In this document: positions 47,456 through 58,151 of the stretch, piece by piece
Layout of the letters: each line of letters opens with the position of its first letter
Numbering within the stretch: the stretch's first letter is position 1
DNA from: Symbiobacterium sp.
Lineage (GTDB): Bacteria; Bacillota; Sulfobacillia; UBA995; UBA9673
NCBI GenBank assembly: GCA_020725405.1
Contig: DYFB01000093.1
Span: 3,183-67,182, forward strand
Length of the DNA: 64,000 bases
Direction of reading: 5' to 3'
Made by a program: the position numbers and the translations under genes
The notes under the pieces: generated by a model
The model's database searches: none
Seen by the model: the letters and a program-made list of their open reading frames with translations, nothing else
Told to the model about the DNA's origin: nothing

Positions 47456-48100
47456 GTGGACTACTTCATCCGCTGCCTGAAGTTCATCCTCCCGGCGGCC
47501 GAGGTGACGATTCTCGTCACCGTCGCTTCCCTCGCCCTGGGGGTGCTCTTCGGGCTCCTTCTTGCCGTGGCCAGGATCTACGGCCGCCCCGGCGTCCGCC
47601 TGGCCGCCGCTCTATACAGCCGCGTGGTGCGCAGCCTGCCCTCGCTGGTGATGATCTTCATTGTCTTTTTCACCATGGTCTCCGTCGTCCCGGGGGCCAG
47701 CCCGCTGGTCATGGCCGTCGTGGCCCTGGGGGCCTGCACGACAGCCTACCAGTCCGAGATATTCCGCGGGGCCATCCAGTCCCTCGGCTCGGGCCAGATG
47801 CTGGCCGCGCGCTCGCTCGGAATGTCGCGGGCCGCCGCCATCCGCTTCGTCATCATCCCGCAGGCCCTGAGGCTCGCCATCCCGGCCTGGTCCAACGAGG
47901 CCGCCATCGTCCTCAAGGACTCGTCCCTGGCCTCGGCCGTCGGGACGGTGGAGCTCCTGCGCCGCAGCCAGCACATCGCGGCGGCCAACCACCACTACCT
48001 GCCGGCCTATCTCGCCTGCGCGCTCATCTACTTCTGTCTCACGTTCCTGACCAACCGCGTCCTCGACGCGGCCGAGAAGCGCTTCAGGCTGCGAACGTAG
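47456..48100 (+). CDS. Amino-acid ABC transporter permease (His/Glu/Gln/Arg/opine family)
   Basis: EAA-loop region [42 protein letters not shown]. Confidence 0.85.
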   Translation: MDYFIRCLKFILPAAEVTILVTVASLALGVLFGLLLAVARIYGRPGVRLAAALYSRVVRSLPSLVMIFIVFFTMVSVVPGASPLVMAVVALGACTTAYQSEIFRGAIQSLGSGQMLAARSLGMSRAAAIRFVIIPQALRLAIPAWSNEAAIVLKDSSLASAVGTVELLRRSQHIAAANHHYLPAYLACALIYFCLTFLTNRVLDAAEKRFRLRT

Positions 48101-48119
48101 GAGGGAGCCCCCGACAGCC

Positions 48120-48902
48120 ATGGTCGAGCCGATTTTGAAGGTAGAGGACATCCACAAGGCCTACGGCAAGACCGAGGTTCTCCGGGGCGTGTCTCTCCAT
48201 GTTCTTCCCGGAGAGGTTATCGTCATCATCGGTCCCAGCGGAACGGGGAAGAGCACCCTCCTCAGGTGCATCAACCTCCTCACCCCGCCCGACAAGGGAC
48301 GGGTCTGGCTCGAGGGTGTCGAGGTTACCGATAAGGCCACGGACATCAACAAGGTCCGCGAGCGTATCGGGATGGTCTTCCAGGACTTCAACCTCTTCAA
48401 CCATCTGACCGCCCTGCAGAACGTGAGGCTCGCCCTGATTAAGGTCAAGGGGATGCCGGTGAAGGAAGCTACGGACAAGGCCATGATGGAGCTCGAGAAG
48501 GTCGGGCTCGGCGACAAGGCCGACAACTACCCGGCCGAGCTGTCCGGAGGCCAGAAGCAGCGGGTGGCCATCGCCCGCTCCCTGGCGATGGAGCCCAAGG
48601 TCATGCTTTTCGACGAGCCGACATCGGCTCTCGACCCGGAGCTCATCGGCGAGGTCCTCGAGGTCATGCAGAACCTGGCCGAGGAGGGCATGACCATGCT
48701 CATCGTCAGCCACGAGATGGGCTTCGCCCGCGAGGTTGCCGACCGCATCATCTTCCTCGAAGGCGGGGTCGTCGTCGAGGACGGGCCGCCCGAGCAGCTC
48801 TTCACCAAGCCCCAGCACCCGCGCACGCGCGAGTTCCTCCACAAGCTAACCGAGCTCTATGGGGAGCACGCCGAATCGCGTACGAGGAGGCGGCGCCGGT
48901 GA
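48120..48902 (+). CDS. Amino-acid ABC transporter ATP-binding protein
   Basis: Walker [10 protein letters not shown]. Signature [17 protein letters not shown]. Walker [12 protein letters not shown]. Confidence 0.9.
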   Translation: MVEPILKVEDIHKAYGKTEVLRGVSLHVLPGEVIVIIGPSGTGKSTLLRCINLLTPPDKGRVWLEGVEVTDKATDINKVRERIGMVFQDFNLFNHLTALQNVRLALIKVKGMPVKEATDKAMMELEKVGLGDKADNYPAELSGGQKQRVAIARSLAMEPKVMLFDEPTSALDPELIGEVLEVMQNLAEEGMTMLIVSHEMGFAREVADRIIFLEGGVVVEDGPPEQLFTKPQHPRTREFLHKLTELYGEHAESRTRRRRR

Positions 48903-49591
48903 CCTTCGTTCGCGACCTCGTCTTCATGTGGGAGATACTGCCAGAGCTCCTCAAGGGCCTGGTGGTCACTTTCCAGCTGACGACCCTGGCCCTCGTGACC
49001 GGAGTCATCCTCGCCGTGCCGGTGGCCCTGGTCCGGAAGTACACCCGGGGTCCGCTCAATTGGCTGGCCACGGCCTACGTCGAGATCTTCCGCGGGACGC
49101 CGCTCCTCGTCCAGCTTTTCGTCGTCTACTACGGCCTTCCCGAGCTGGGCATCGTCTTCGACCGCTTCACGGCCGCCTGGGCGGCCCTCTTCCTCAACTC
49201 CGCCGCCTACCAGTCCGAGTACATCCGGGGCGCCATCGGGGCGGTCAGCGAGGGCCAGCTCATCGCCGCCCGGGCCCTGGGGATGAAGCCCCTGGCCGCC
49301 TTCAGGTGGGTGGTGATGCCCCAGGCCCTACGGCTGGCCCTGCCGGCCTGGTCCAACGAGGTCGCCTACATGGTCAAGTACGTCTCGGTCGTCTACCTGA
49401 TAGGAGCCATGGAGCTCTTCACCCGGGGGCAGATCATCATCAGCCGGACCCTCAAGGTCGTGCCGGTCCTCCTTGAGGTGGCCGCCATCTACATCATCGT
49501 CGTCGTGGCTATCACCCGGGTGATGGACTACGTGGAGCACCGGTTCAGCATACCCGGGCTGGAGACCTCGGGAATGAGGAGAGAGTTTTGA
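48899..49591 (+). CDS. Amino-acid ABC transporter permease, second subunit
   Basis: [41 protein letters not shown]. Overlaps the ATPase stop. Confidence 0.85.
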   Translation: MTFVRDLVFMWEILPELLKGLVVTFQLTTLALVTGVILAVPVALVRKYTRGPLNWLATAYVEIFRGTPLLVQLFVVYYGLPELGIVFDRFTAAWAALFLNSAAYQSEYIRGAIGAVSEGQLIAARALGMKPLAAFRWVVMPQALRLALPAWSNEVAYMVKYVSVVYLIGAMELFTRGQIIISRTLKVVPVLLEVAAIYIIVVVAITRVMDYVEHRFSIPGLETSGMRREF

Positions 49592-50577
49592 GGCCGGGCC
49601 GGGCGGGCGCCCCCGACACCCCGACCTACGGCGGACAGGCCGTCATCGAGGGGGTCATGATGCGGGGACCCGAGGGCTACTGCGTGGCCGTGAGGCGCCC
49701 GGGCGGCGAGATTGTCACCCGCTACCGACCCTGCCCCCGTCCCTCCCGGCGCCGCGGCTTTCTCGGCTGGCCTTTCGTCCGGGGACTGGCCGCCCTGGTC
49801 GACGCCTTGTCCGTCGGCATCGAGAGCCTGCTCTATTCGGCCGAAGAGGTCAGCGGCGAGGGGGAGAAGCTGACCCGGACCGAGAGCGCCCTCACCGTCG
49901 TTATCTCGCTGGCCCTCTCCGTCGGGCTCTTCATGATCCTTCCGACGGTGGCCGCCGGCCCCCTGGTGTGGCTGGGAGCCTCGCCGGCGCTGGTCAACCT
50001 GGCTGAGGGTCTCGTCCGCCTCGCCATCCTGGTGGCCTACGTCCGGATCATCGCCTTCATGCCGGACATCCGCCGGGTCTACCAGTACCACGGGGCCGAG
50101 CACAAGATCCTCAACGCCTACGAGGCCACGGGGAGTCTCAGCCCGGCCGACGCCGCCTCTTTCAGCACGTCCCACGCACGGTGCGGGACGAGCTTCCTGC
50201 TCTTCGTCGTTCTGGTCAGTATCGTCCTCTTCTCCTTCCTGGGTTGGCCGAACGTCTGGGCGAGGATAGCCTGGCGGCTCGGCCTCCTCCCGGTGATCGC
50301 CGGGGTCGCCTACGAACTCATCCAGCTAGGGGCGAGGTCGCGCTCCCCGCTGATCCGCGTCCTGGTCGCGCCCGGGCTGTGGCTCCAATCCCTGACGACC
50401 CGGCCTCCCGATACCGACCAGCTCGAGGTGGCCTCGGCCGCTCTGGCCGGGGTTCTCAGCGCGGGGCCGGGTGGGAGCGAAAGACCCGAGGGAGACGCTG
50501 CCGGGCCGGCCGCGGAGGACGCGCCAGGGGCGGCCGCTCGGCAGGCGTCCGCCGGGCCCGCGTTGAAGGGCCGATAG
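49588..50577 (+). CDS. DUF1385 (YqhQ-like) family membrane-associated protein
   Basis: YGGQAVIEGVMMRG...YHGAEHKILNAYEA are DUF1385 hallmarks. Its position just upstream of prfA is typical for Firmicutes. Confidence 0.8.
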   Translation: MRPGRAGAPDTPTYGGQAVIEGVMMRGPEGYCVAVRRPGGEIVTRYRPCPRPSRRRGFLGWPFVRGLAALVDALSVGIESLLYSAEEVSGEGEKLTRTESALTVVISLALSVGLFMILPTVAAGPLVWLGASPALVNLAEGLVRLAILVAYVRIIAFMPDIRRVYQYHGAEHKILNAYEATGSLSPADAASFSTSHARCGTSFLLFVVLVSIVLFSFLGWPNVWARIAWRLGLLPVIAGVAYELIQLGARSRSPLIRVLVAPGLWLQSLTTRPPDTDQLEVASAALAGVLSAGPGGSERPEGDAAGPAAEDAPGAAARQASAGPALKGR

Positions 50578-50591
50578 GCGCGTGCTATAAT
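50563..50591 (+). promoter_or_regulatory. Sigma-A-like promoter: TTGAAG - 17 nt - TGcTATAAT (extended -10) upstream of prfA, overlapping the DUF1385 3' end
   Basis: Read from the sequence. 11-mer cgtgctataat identical to the rpmE site. Confidence 0.5.
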
Positions 50592-50715
50592 TGCCTGGCG
50601 GCAGCCAGGCCCCGTTTTGGACGGCCCAGGCTCCCGCGACCCGCGCCGGGCTGGGACCGAGCCGGCCGGATGCGAGCGGCCCCCGACTGACGGGGGCCGT
50701 TGGTGGTGATAAGGC

Positions 50716-51783
50716 GTGTTCGACAAGCTCAAGGACATCGAAACCAGGTACGAGGGGCTCGTCGAGAGACTCGCTGACCCCAAGGTCCTGGCCGACCAGA
50801 GCCAGTGGCGGACCGCGAGCAAGGAGTGCGCCCGCCTCGAGCCCATTGTCGTGACCTACCGCGAGTGGCGGAAGGTCGGCGCGGAGCTCAGCGGGGCCCG
50901 GGAGATGGCCGAGCAGGAGGACGACCCCGAGCTCCGCGACCTGGCCGAAGCTGAGGCCAGGCAGTTGCGGGAACGAAAGGAGGAGCTCGAGCAGCGCCTG
51001 AAGGTGCTCCTGCTCCCCCGGGACCCGAATGACGACAAGAGCGTCGTGGTCGAGATACGGGCGGGCACGGGGGGAGAGGAAGCGGCCCTCTTCGCCGCGG
51101 ACCTCTTCCGGGCCTACTCCCGCTACGCCGAACGCAAGGGCTGGCGCACCGAGCTGGTGAGTTCCACACCTACCGACATCGGCGGCTTTAAAGAGGTCAT
51201 CTTTGTGGTCGAGGGTGAGGGCGCCTACAGCCGGCTGAAGTACGAGAGCGGCGTCCACCGGGTCCAGCGGGTCCCGGAGACCGAGGCCGGGGGCCGCATC
51301 CACACCTCGACGGCCACGGTCGCCGTCCTGCCTGAGGCCGAGGAAGTGGAGATAGAGATAGACCCCGAAGACATCCAGATCGACGTGTTCTGCGCCGGCG
51401 GTCCCGGCGGCCAGCACGTGAACAAGACCGAGTCGGCCGTCCGTATCACCCATCTCCCGACAGGCATCGTTGCCACCTGCCAGGACGAGAAGTCCCAGCA
51501 CAAGAACAGGGAGAAGGCCATGAGGGTCCTGCGGGCCCGGGTGCTGGCCCGGGCAGAGGAGGAGCAGCGGGAGGAGCTCGCCCAGCAGAGGCGGGCCCAG
51601 GTCGGGACCGGCGACCGCAGCGAGCGCATCCGGACCTACAACTTCCCGCAGACCCGGGTCACCGACCACCGCATCGGCCTCACCCTGCATAGGCTCGAAG
51701 AGGTGCTCGACGGGGACCTCGACGAGATCATCGACGCCCTCGCCACCTCGGCGCAGGCCGAGGCCCTGCGCCGGGCGGAGTGA
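50716..51783 (+). CDS. prfA: Peptide chain release factor 1
   Basis: PxT/GGQ region [42 protein letters not shown]. Confidence 0.95.
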   Translation: MFDKLKDIETRYEGLVERLADPKVLADQSQWRTASKECARLEPIVVTYREWRKVGAELSGAREMAEQEDDPELRDLAEAEARQLRERKEELEQRLKVLLLPRDPNDDKSVVVEIRAGTGGEEAALFAADLFRAYSRYAERKGWRTELVSSTPTDIGGFKEVIFVVEGEGAYSRLKYESGVHRVQRVPETEAGGRIHTSTATVAVLPEAEEVEIEIDPEDIQIDVFCAGGPGGQHVNKTESAVRITHLPTGIVATCQDEKSQHKNREKAMRVLRARVLARAEEEQREELAQQRRAQVGTGDRSERIRTYNFPQTRVTDHRIGLTLHRLEEVLDGDLDEIIDALATSAQAEALRRAE

Positions 51784-52826
51784 CGCTCGTGCCAGCGGCG
51801 CCGGACGAGGGGGCGAGGCTGGGGCGGAGCGCGGGGGAGGCCCTGCGGCGAGCGGCCGAGCTTCTGAGAGCGGCCGGCTGCGGGACGCCCCGCCTCGACG
51901 CCGAGGTGCTTCTCGCCCACGTCACCGGGCGCTCCCGCGAGTCCCTTCTCGCCCGCCCCGAAGGGGCCCTGACCGCCGGCGAGGACCTGGCCTACGAGGA
52001 AGCCGTGGTTCGCCGTGCCGGAGGGTGGCCCCTGGCCTACATCACCGGACGGCGCGAGTTCTTCTCCCTCGACCTTGAGGTCGGTCCCGGCGTCCTCATC
52101 CCCCGCCCGGAGACAGAACTCCTGGTGGAAGTCGCGGTCGCCCTGGCCTCCCCTCCGGTTGCCCGCTCGGGGCCCGGGCTGGTCCTGGCCGACATCGGCA
52201 CCGGTTCGGGGGCCGTCGCCGTGGCCCTGGCCAGCCTCCTTCCCGGGGTCGTCATCTACGCCACCGACACCTCCGAGGCGGCGCTCGAGGTGGCGGAGAG
52301 GAACGTCAAGCGCCTCGGGCTCGGAGGCCGGGTCCGCCTCCGGCGGGGCGACCTCCTCGACGCTCTGCCCGTCCCTGTCGACGGCGTTGTGGCCAATCTG
52401 CCCTACGTGGCTGACCCGGATTGGGAGGGCCTGCCTCGGGAGGTGCGCGACTTCGAGCCGCCCGGAAGCCTTCGGGGCGGGCCGGACGGGCTTGACCTCT
52501 TCCGGCGCCTGGCCGCCGGCCTCCCCGCTTACCTTCTCCCGGGAGGCTTCGTCTGCCTCGAGGTCGGTCCGGGCCAGGCCGGGCCTGTGGCCCGCCTGCT
52601 CCTCGAGACCGGCGTCTTCGAAACCGTCGCCCGACACCTCGACCTCGCCGGGCACGAGCGGGTGGTCAGCGCGCGGTCCGGGGAGTCCGCCGCGCGATCC
52701 GGAGGGTGCGCCACGCGGTCCGGGGCCCCCGCCACGCGGTCCGGGGCCCCCGCCATGCGGTCCGGGGCCCCCGCCATGCGGTCCGGGGCCCCCGCCATGC
52801 GGTCCGGGGCCCCCGGGCGTTATTGA
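51780..52826 (+). CDS. prmC: Release-factor glutamine N5-methyltransferase (HemK/PrmC) with a C-terminal heptad-repeat tail
   Basis: SAM motif [14 protein letters not shown] and NPPY-type motif VVANLPYV. The C-terminus ends in RSGAPA[TM] repeats. Confidence 0.9.
   Translation: MTLVPAAPDEGARLGRSAGEALRRAAELLRAAGCGTPRLDAEVLLAHVTGRSRESLLARPEGALTAGEDLAYEEAVVRRAGGWPLAYITGRREFFSLDLEVGPGVLIPRPETELLVEVAVALASPPVARSGPGLVLADIGTGSGAVAVALASLLPGVVIYATDTSEAALEVAERNVKRLGLGGRVRLRRGDLLDALPVPVDGVVANLPYVADPDWEGLPREVRDFEPPGSLRGGPDGLDLFRRLAAGLPAYLLPGGFVCLEVGPGQAGPVARLLLETGVFETVARHLDLAGHERVVSARSGESAARSGGCATRSGAPATRSGAPAMRSGAPAMRSGAPAMRSGAPGRY
52714..52815 (+). repeat. 21-bp in-frame tandem repeat x about 5 (Ycgcggtccggggcccccgcca) at the prmC 3' end
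   Basis: Read directly from the sequence. Encodes (R/M)SGAPA(T/M) heptads. Confidence 0.9.
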
Positions 52827-52956
52827 CTCCGGAGCGTGGACACAATAGGCTGAAGAGGAAACCCGAGCCAGGATGACCGGGCGCCGGGCGGATGACCAGC
52901 AACGCCTGAAGACGGGGGAGCGCGCCCCGAGACGCGCGGCCCGAGAGCGGTACCCG

Positions 52957-54687
52957 ATGAAGCAGAGGACCACCGTCGTCAAGACCGACCCGCACCACCC
53001 GGACCCGGGCGACATCCGGGAGGCTGCCCTGTGCCTGCGAAGGGGGGGCCTGGTCGCCTTCCCGACCGAGACGGTCTACGGCCTGGGGGCCGACGCGACT
53101 AACGGGAAGGCCGTGGCGGCCGTTTTTGAGGTCAAGGGGCGGCCGCCGGACAACCCTCTCATCGTCCACGTCGCCTCCCTGGAGGACGCCCGGGCTCTGG
53201 TGACCGGAGTGGGGGAGGCGGCCACCGCCCTGATGGAGGCCTTCTGGCCGGGTCCCCTGAGCCTCGTCCTGCCCCGCTCGGACCTCGTGGTGCCGGCCGT
53301 ATCCTGCGGCCTTGACACGGTGGCTATACGCATGCCGGCTCATCCGGTGGCCCTGGAGCTTCTCCGCCAGGCCGGGGTCCCCGTGGCGGCCCCGAGCGCC
53401 AACGTCAGCGGACGCCCCAGCCCCACCCGGGCCGAGCACGTTCTGGCCGACCTCGGGGGACGGGTTGACTTCGTGCTCGACGGAGGACCTTGTCCGGTCG
53501 GCGTGGAGTCGACGGTCCTCGACCTCACCGGCCCGGTTCCGGTCCTCCTCCGGCCCGGAGGCGTCACTGTCGAGGACCTCCGGAAGGTCGTCGGCGAGGT
53601 CCTGGTCACCCCGCGGGGCGAGCCGCCCGTCGCCCGCTCGCCGGGCCTTCGCTACCGGCACTACGCGCCCCGGGCGTTTCTCCATCTGGTGCTTCCCGGG
53701 GCCGAAGGCCCGGGCAGCCGGCGCGTGGCCGAGGTCGTCGCCCGAGCCGCGGCCGCCGAGGCCGCGGCGGGGAGGACGGTAGGCGTGGCCTGCACGCGCG
53801 AGACGGCAGGCTTTCTCGAGAGCCTCAGGGCGGGGACGCCGGGTCTGGACGGCCCGCGGGGGATGGTCATCCGCACGTGGGGGTCGCGGGACACGGCCAG
53901 CGACACCGCCGCCCGGCTCTTCGCCGTTCTCCGGGAACTCGACCGGCACGACGTCGACGTCATCCTGGCCGAGGGTCTCTCTCCCGCCGGGCTCGGCCTG
54001 GCCGTCAACGACCGCCTTCTGCGGGCGGCCCGCGCGGTCACCGGTCCGGTCGAGGAAGCGGAGGCGGAGGAGACCCGGCCCGAAATCATCCTCCTCGTCT
54101 GCAGCGGCAACACCTGCCGGAGCCCGATGGCGATGGTCCTCCTCGCCGACCGCCTGCGCCGCCTTGGGGCCGGGGATCGCTTCCGCGTCGAGTCGGCCGG
54201 GACGAGCACGGTCGAAGGCCTCCCGGCCTCGCCCGAGGCTGTCCGGCTGATGGCCGAGAAGGGGCTTGACCTCTCCGGGCACCGCTCGCGGCTGCTGACG
54301 GAGGACTTGGTCGCCCGGGCCCGGCTCATCCTGATGATGACCCGCCGCCACCGGGAGATGGTCCTCGAAGACCACCCCGGCGCGGCCGACCGGGTCTTCA
54401 CGGTAAAGGGCTACGCCGGGACGGCCGGGACCGCCGAGGAGGAAGACGTAGAGGATCCCATCGGGAGGGGTCCTCGGGCCTACCGCCGGGCCGCCGAGGA
54501 GCTGGAGAGGGCTTCGGAGATCATCGCCGAACGCTTACTCGACCCGCTGGACTTCCGTCACCTTCTGGGTGAAGAGCACGGAGAGAGCGGGACCGACGTT
54601 CAGAACGGGATCGACGCTGGGGAATCGACCGCTCGCCGCGGCTCTGGCACCGGTGGGCCGGACGAAGCAGAGGGGGGCGCGGGTTGA
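52957..54687 (+). CDS. Fusion protein: L-threonylcarbamoyladenylate synthase (Sua5/YwlC, YrdC + Sua5 domains) fused to a low-molecular-weight protein phosphatase (YwlE-like)
   Basis: YrdC: LVAFPTETVYGLGADATN..FEVKGRPPDNPLIVHV. Sua5 domain: RYRHYAP. C-terminal LMW-PTP: IILLVCSGNTCRSPMA (CX5R P-loop)...DPIGRG. ATG at 52957 (MKQRTTVV) is preferred over the SD-less upstream start. Confidence 0.85.
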   Translation: MKQRTTVVKTDPHHPDPGDIREAALCLRRGGLVAFPTETVYGLGADATNGKAVAAVFEVKGRPPDNPLIVHVASLEDARALVTGVGEAATALMEAFWPGPLSLVLPRSDLVVPAVSCGLDTVAIRMPAHPVALELLRQAGVPVAAPSANVSGRPSPTRAEHVLADLGGRVDFVLDGGPCPVGVESTVLDLTGPVPVLLRPGGVTVEDLRKVVGEVLVTPRGEPPVARSPGLRYRHYAPRAFLHLVLPGAEGPGSRRVAEVVARAAAAEAAAGRTVGVACTRETAGFLESLRAGTPGLDGPRGMVIRTWGSRDTASDTAARLFAVLRELDRHDVDVILAEGLSPAGLGLAVNDRLLRAARAVTGPVEEAEAEETRPEIILLVCSGNTCRSPMAMVLLADRLRRLGAGDRFRVESAGTSTVEGLPASPEAVRLMAEKGLDLSGHRSRLLTEDLVARARLILMMTRRHREMVLEDHPGAADRVFTVKGYAGTAGTAEEEDVEDPIGRGPRAYRRAAEELERASEIIAERLLDPLDFRHLLGEEHGESGTDVQNGIDAGESTARRGSGTGGPDEAEGGAG

Positions 54688-55175
54688 GGATATCCGTCGG
54701 GTCCGACCACGCCGGCTTCTTACTGAAGAAAGAGCTCGTCTCCGTTCTGACCGGGCTCGGTCACGTCGTCTTCGACCTGGGCTGCTTCTCGACCGACAGT
54801 GTGGACTACCCCGGCATCGCCGCGGGCGTAGCCCGGGCCGTGGCCGCCGGGACCGCCGACCGCGGGGTCATCATCTGCGGCACGGGCATCGGTTCCTGCA
54901 TCGTGGCCAACAAGATCCCCGGGGTCCGGGCGGCCCTGTGCCATGACCTGTATTCGGCCCGGGTGACCCGGGAGCACAACGACAGCAACGTTCTCTGTCT
55001 CGGCGCCCGGGTCATCGGCCCCGACCTCGCCGTCGAGATCCTGAAAGTCTGGCTCGCGACCGCCTTCACCGGGGCCGAGCGGCACGGACGCCGGGTGGGC
55101 CAGATCGCCGACATAGAGGCCGAGTACTGCAAGGGCCGGCCCCAAGCCCCGCCTGAGCCGGGGGGCGGCCGGTGA
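54684..55175 (+). CDS. rpiB: Ribose-5-phosphate isomerase B
   Basis: [19 protein letters not shown]...[17 protein letters not shown]. Confidence 0.9.
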   Translation: MRISVGSDHAGFLLKKELVSVLTGLGHVVFDLGCFSTDSVDYPGIAAGVARAVAAGTADRGVIICGTGIGSCIVANKIPGVRAALCHDLYSARVTREHNDSNVLCLGARVIGPDLAVEILKVWLATAFTGAERHGRRVGQIADIEAEYCKGRPQAPPEPGGGR

Positions 55176-55624
55176 GCGAGCGTCCGACCTGGGACCAGTA
55201 TTTCATGGAGATAGCCCGGACCGTGGCCAGTCGGTCGACCTGTCTCCGGCGCTCGGTGGGGGCCGTCCTCGTCCGCGACAAGCGCATCCTGGCCACCGGG
55301 TACAACGGGGCCCCGACGGGCCTCGCCCACTGCCGGGAGGTGGGGTGCCTTCGAACCATTCAGGGCGTTCCAGCCGGCGAGCGGCACGAGATATGCCGGG
55401 GCTCTCACGCCGAGCAGAACGTCCTGGTCCAAGCGGCCCGCTATGGCATAGCCGTTGAGGGGGCCACTCTCTACTGCACCAACGAACCGTGCTCGATTTG
55501 CACGAAATTACTCATAAACGCGGGGATAATCGAACTTGTCTATGAAAGTGAGTATCCTGACTTTCTGGCGAGAGCGTTGCGGACCGAGGCCGGCTTGAGG
55601 AGCCGGTTCATCCCCACAAAGTGA
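55172..55624 (+). CDS. dCMP deaminase (ComEB-like cytidine/deoxycytidylate deaminase)
   Basis: Zinc motifs HAEQNVL and [14 protein letters not shown]. Confidence 0.85.
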   Translation: MSERPTWDQYFMEIARTVASRSTCLRRSVGAVLVRDKRILATGYNGAPTGLAHCREVGCLRTIQGVPAGERHEICRGSHAEQNVLVQAARYGIAVEGATLYCTNEPCSICTKLLINAGIIELVYESEYPDFLARALRTEAGLRSRFIPTK

Positions 55625-55686
55625 CAGCTCGCCAATGACCCTATTCGGCATCCGACTTACCATAAAGGCCCGGCGGTGGGGTCGTT

Positions 55687-55715
55687 TTGACAATAGGGAG
55701 CAGAAGGTGTAGCAT
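55687..55715 (+). promoter_or_regulatory. Sigma-A-like promoter TTGACA - 17 nt - TAGCAT upstream of tagO
   Basis: Consensus -35 and 17-nt spacer read from the sequence, about 160 nt upstream of the tagO start. Confidence 0.5.
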
Positions 55716-55875
55716 TGGCCGGAGCGAAATCCATTACCGCTTTTTCCGTCGTCAGGTCGGTGCGGCGTAGCTTGATCTTCAGGGCGCGGCGTGGCTGTCC
55801 CGGTCGCCTGGCCGTCGCGGCGCCGGGCCTGTCGGCGCCCGGACCACCCGGCTCGGCTTGCAGGGAGGACCCGAA

Positions 55876-56922
55876 GTGCCGCTTTGGCTGCTTGTTCTTC
55901 TGATGTCCTTCGCCCTGGCCTACCTTCTCACTCCGGTGGTGAAGACCCTGGCCCTCCGGGTGGGCGCGGTGGCCAAGCCGGGCGACCGCAGCGTCCACAC
56001 GCATCCCACGCCTCATCTCGGGGGTCTAGCCATCTACGTCGCCTTCGCCGCCACCGTCGTCCTCGTCAGCGGCTGGCCCGAGGCCGGCACGCTCGCCATC
56101 CTCGGCTGCGGCTTCCTGGTCGTCCTCCTCGGCGCGCTGGACGATTTCCATGAGCTGTCCCCGCAGAGCAAGTTCCTCGGTCAGGTGGTGATGGCCAGCC
56201 TCCTGGTGGGTCTCGGGGTTCGCATCCACTTCATCACCAACCCCTTCGGGGGAGGAGTGCTCTACCTCGGGGACTGGAGCTTCCCGCTGAGCGTCATCTG
56301 GGTGGTGGCGGTCATGAACGTCGTGAACCTCTCGGACGGGCTCGACGGTCTCGCCGCCGGCATCTCAACCATCGCCGCCCTGGCCGCTCTGTTCGTCGCC
56401 ACCCGGATGGGCTTCGAGACGATCGTCGTCCTGACGGCCGCCCTGGCCGGGAGCGCTCTCGGGTTCCTCCCGCACAACTTCAACCCGGCCAAGATATTCA
56501 TGGGTGACGCCGGAGCCATGTTCCTCGGCTTCGTCCTCGCGGCCGTAGCCATGCAGGGTGCCCTCAAGCAGACCACGGCCGTGGCTCTCCTCGTCCCTAC
56601 CGTGGCCCTCGGTCTGCCGATAGCGGACACCGCCCTCTCCATCTACCGCCGGATTCGGGCGGGCCGGTCCATAGGGCAGGCCGACAAGGGCCATCTCCAC
56701 CACCGCCTCCTGGCCCTGGGACTGACGCAGAAGCAGGCCGTCCTCCTGATGTGGGCCGTCAGCGCTTGGCTCGGCGTGAGCGCTGTCCTCCTCTCGGAGA
56801 TGAGCACGACTCTCGGCCTTGTCCTGGCGATGGCCCTCGGGGCCCTCGGTCTCCTGGCCTTCGTCGCGGCGGTGGCGGCCGGGGCCCTCCCATGGCAGCA
56901 GGGTAGGAACCTGCCCAAATGA
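55876..56922 (+). CDS. tagO: UDP-GlcNAc:undecaprenyl-phosphate GlcNAc-1-phosphate transferase (TagO/WecA, MraY family)
   Basis: NVVNLSDGLDGLAAGISTIAALAALF and FMGDAGAMFLGF. I preferred the GTG after SD gggagga over the ORF-track TTG at 55858. Confidence 0.9.
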   Translation: MPLWLLVLLMSFALAYLLTPVVKTLALRVGAVAKPGDRSVHTHPTPHLGGLAIYVAFAATVVLVSGWPEAGTLAILGCGFLVVLLGALDDFHELSPQSKFLGQVVMASLLVGLGVRIHFITNPFGGGVLYLGDWSFPLSVIWVVAVMNVVNLSDGLDGLAAGISTIAALAALFVATRMGFETIVVLTAALAGSALGFLPHNFNPAKIFMGDAGAMFLGFVLAAVAMQGALKQTTAVALLVPTVALGLPIADTALSIYRRIRAGRSIGQADKGHLHHRLLALGLTQKQAVLLMWAVSAWLGVSAVLLSEMSTTLGLVLAMALGALGLLAFVAAVAAGALPWQQGRNLPK

Positions 56923-58121
56923 GCTCCGCGTCGGGGAGTCCTGGCGGCCGCGGGACGCCCGCCCGACCGCTCCGAGTCATGGCTGTCTTCGGCACCCGTC
57001 CGGAGGCCATCAAGATGGCTCCGGTTGTCCGCTGCCTGAGGGAGGACCCCCGGTCCTTCGAGGTCAGGGTCACCGCGACCGCACAGCACCGCGAGATGCT
57101 CGATCAGGTGCTCAGGCACTTCGAGCTTACGGCCGACCACGACCTCAACATCATGACCCCCCGACAGAGACTGACCCGGATCACGACGGCCATACTCGAG
57201 GGCCTCGAGGAGGTCCTCGCCGCGGAGCGGCCCGACATCGTCCTCGTCCACGGCGACGCGACGACGGCGTTCGCGGGGAGCCTGGCCGCTTTCTATGCTC
57301 AGATCCCCATCGGGCACGTCGAGGCCGGACTGCGCACCTACGCGAAGTACTCACCCTGGCCCGAGGAGATGAACCGCCGTCTGGCCGGCCTCCTCGCCGA
57401 CGTGCATTTCGCCCCGACGCCCGTCGCCCGGGCGAACCTTGTCCGGGAAGGGGTGCCGGCGGAGAGGGTCTACGTCACGGGCAACACCGTCATCGACGCT
57501 CTCCTGTGGACGGTGCGTGGGGACTACCGCTTCTCCGACCCCCGCCTCGCCCGAGAGGCCGAGAGGGAGGGCGACGGCCCGCTCATCCTGGTGGAGTGTC
57601 ACCGGCGCGAGAACTGGGGCGAGCCCATGCGCCGCATCTACCGGGCGCTCCGGCGCTTCCTGGCCGAAGAGCCCTCCGCGCGGCTCCTGGTTTCGGCCCA
57701 TCTCAACCCGGAGAGCGGGGAGGTGGCCCGTCAGGAGCTGGAGGGCCTCGAAAACGTCCTTCTGTTTTCGCCTCTGGCCTATCCGGAGTGGGTCAACCTG
57801 ATGGCCCGCTGCCACCTCATCCTGACTGACTCGGGGGGGCTCCAGGAGGAAGCGCCGTCGCTCGGCCGGCCCCTCCTTCTCGCCAGGGACAACACCGAGC
57901 GTCCCGAGGCCGTTGAGGCCGGCACGGTCATGGTCGTCGGCACGGGGGAAGAGGCCATCGTCTCCGCACTCCGCCGCCTCGTCCGCGACCGGGAGGCCTA
58001 CGCGCGGATGGCCGCGGCCCGGAACCCTTTCGGCGACGGGCGGGCCTCGGAGCGAATCGCGCGGGCCCTGCTCCACCACTTCGGGCGCGGGCCGAGGCCG
58101 GACGATTTCACCGGGGAATGA
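56919..58121 (+). CDS. mnaA: UDP-N-acetylglucosamine 2-epimerase (non-hydrolysing)
   Basis: AVFGTRPEAIKMAPVVRCL...DIVLVHGDATTAFAGSLAAFYAQIPIGHVEAGLRT. The start is uncertain, since an in-frame ATG (MAVFGTRPE) lies about 60 nt downstream. Confidence 0.9.
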   Translation: MSSASGSPGGRGTPARPLRVMAVFGTRPEAIKMAPVVRCLREDPRSFEVRVTATAQHREMLDQVLRHFELTADHDLNIMTPRQRLTRITTAILEGLEEVLAAERPDIVLVHGDATTAFAGSLAAFYAQIPIGHVEAGLRTYAKYSPWPEEMNRRLAGLLADVHFAPTPVARANLVREGVPAERVYVTGNTVIDALLWTVRGDYRFSDPRLAREAEREGDGPLILVECHRRENWGEPMRRIYRALRRFLAEEPSARLLVSAHLNPESGEVARQELEGLENVLLFSPLAYPEWVNLMARCHLILTDSGGLQEEAPSLGRPLLLARDNTERPEAVEAGTVMVVGTGEEAIVSALRRLVRDREAYARMAAARNPFGDGRASERIARALLHHFGRGPRPDDFTGE

Positions 58122-58151
58122 TACCGACAAACGACGTCTGGAGTCCACGCG

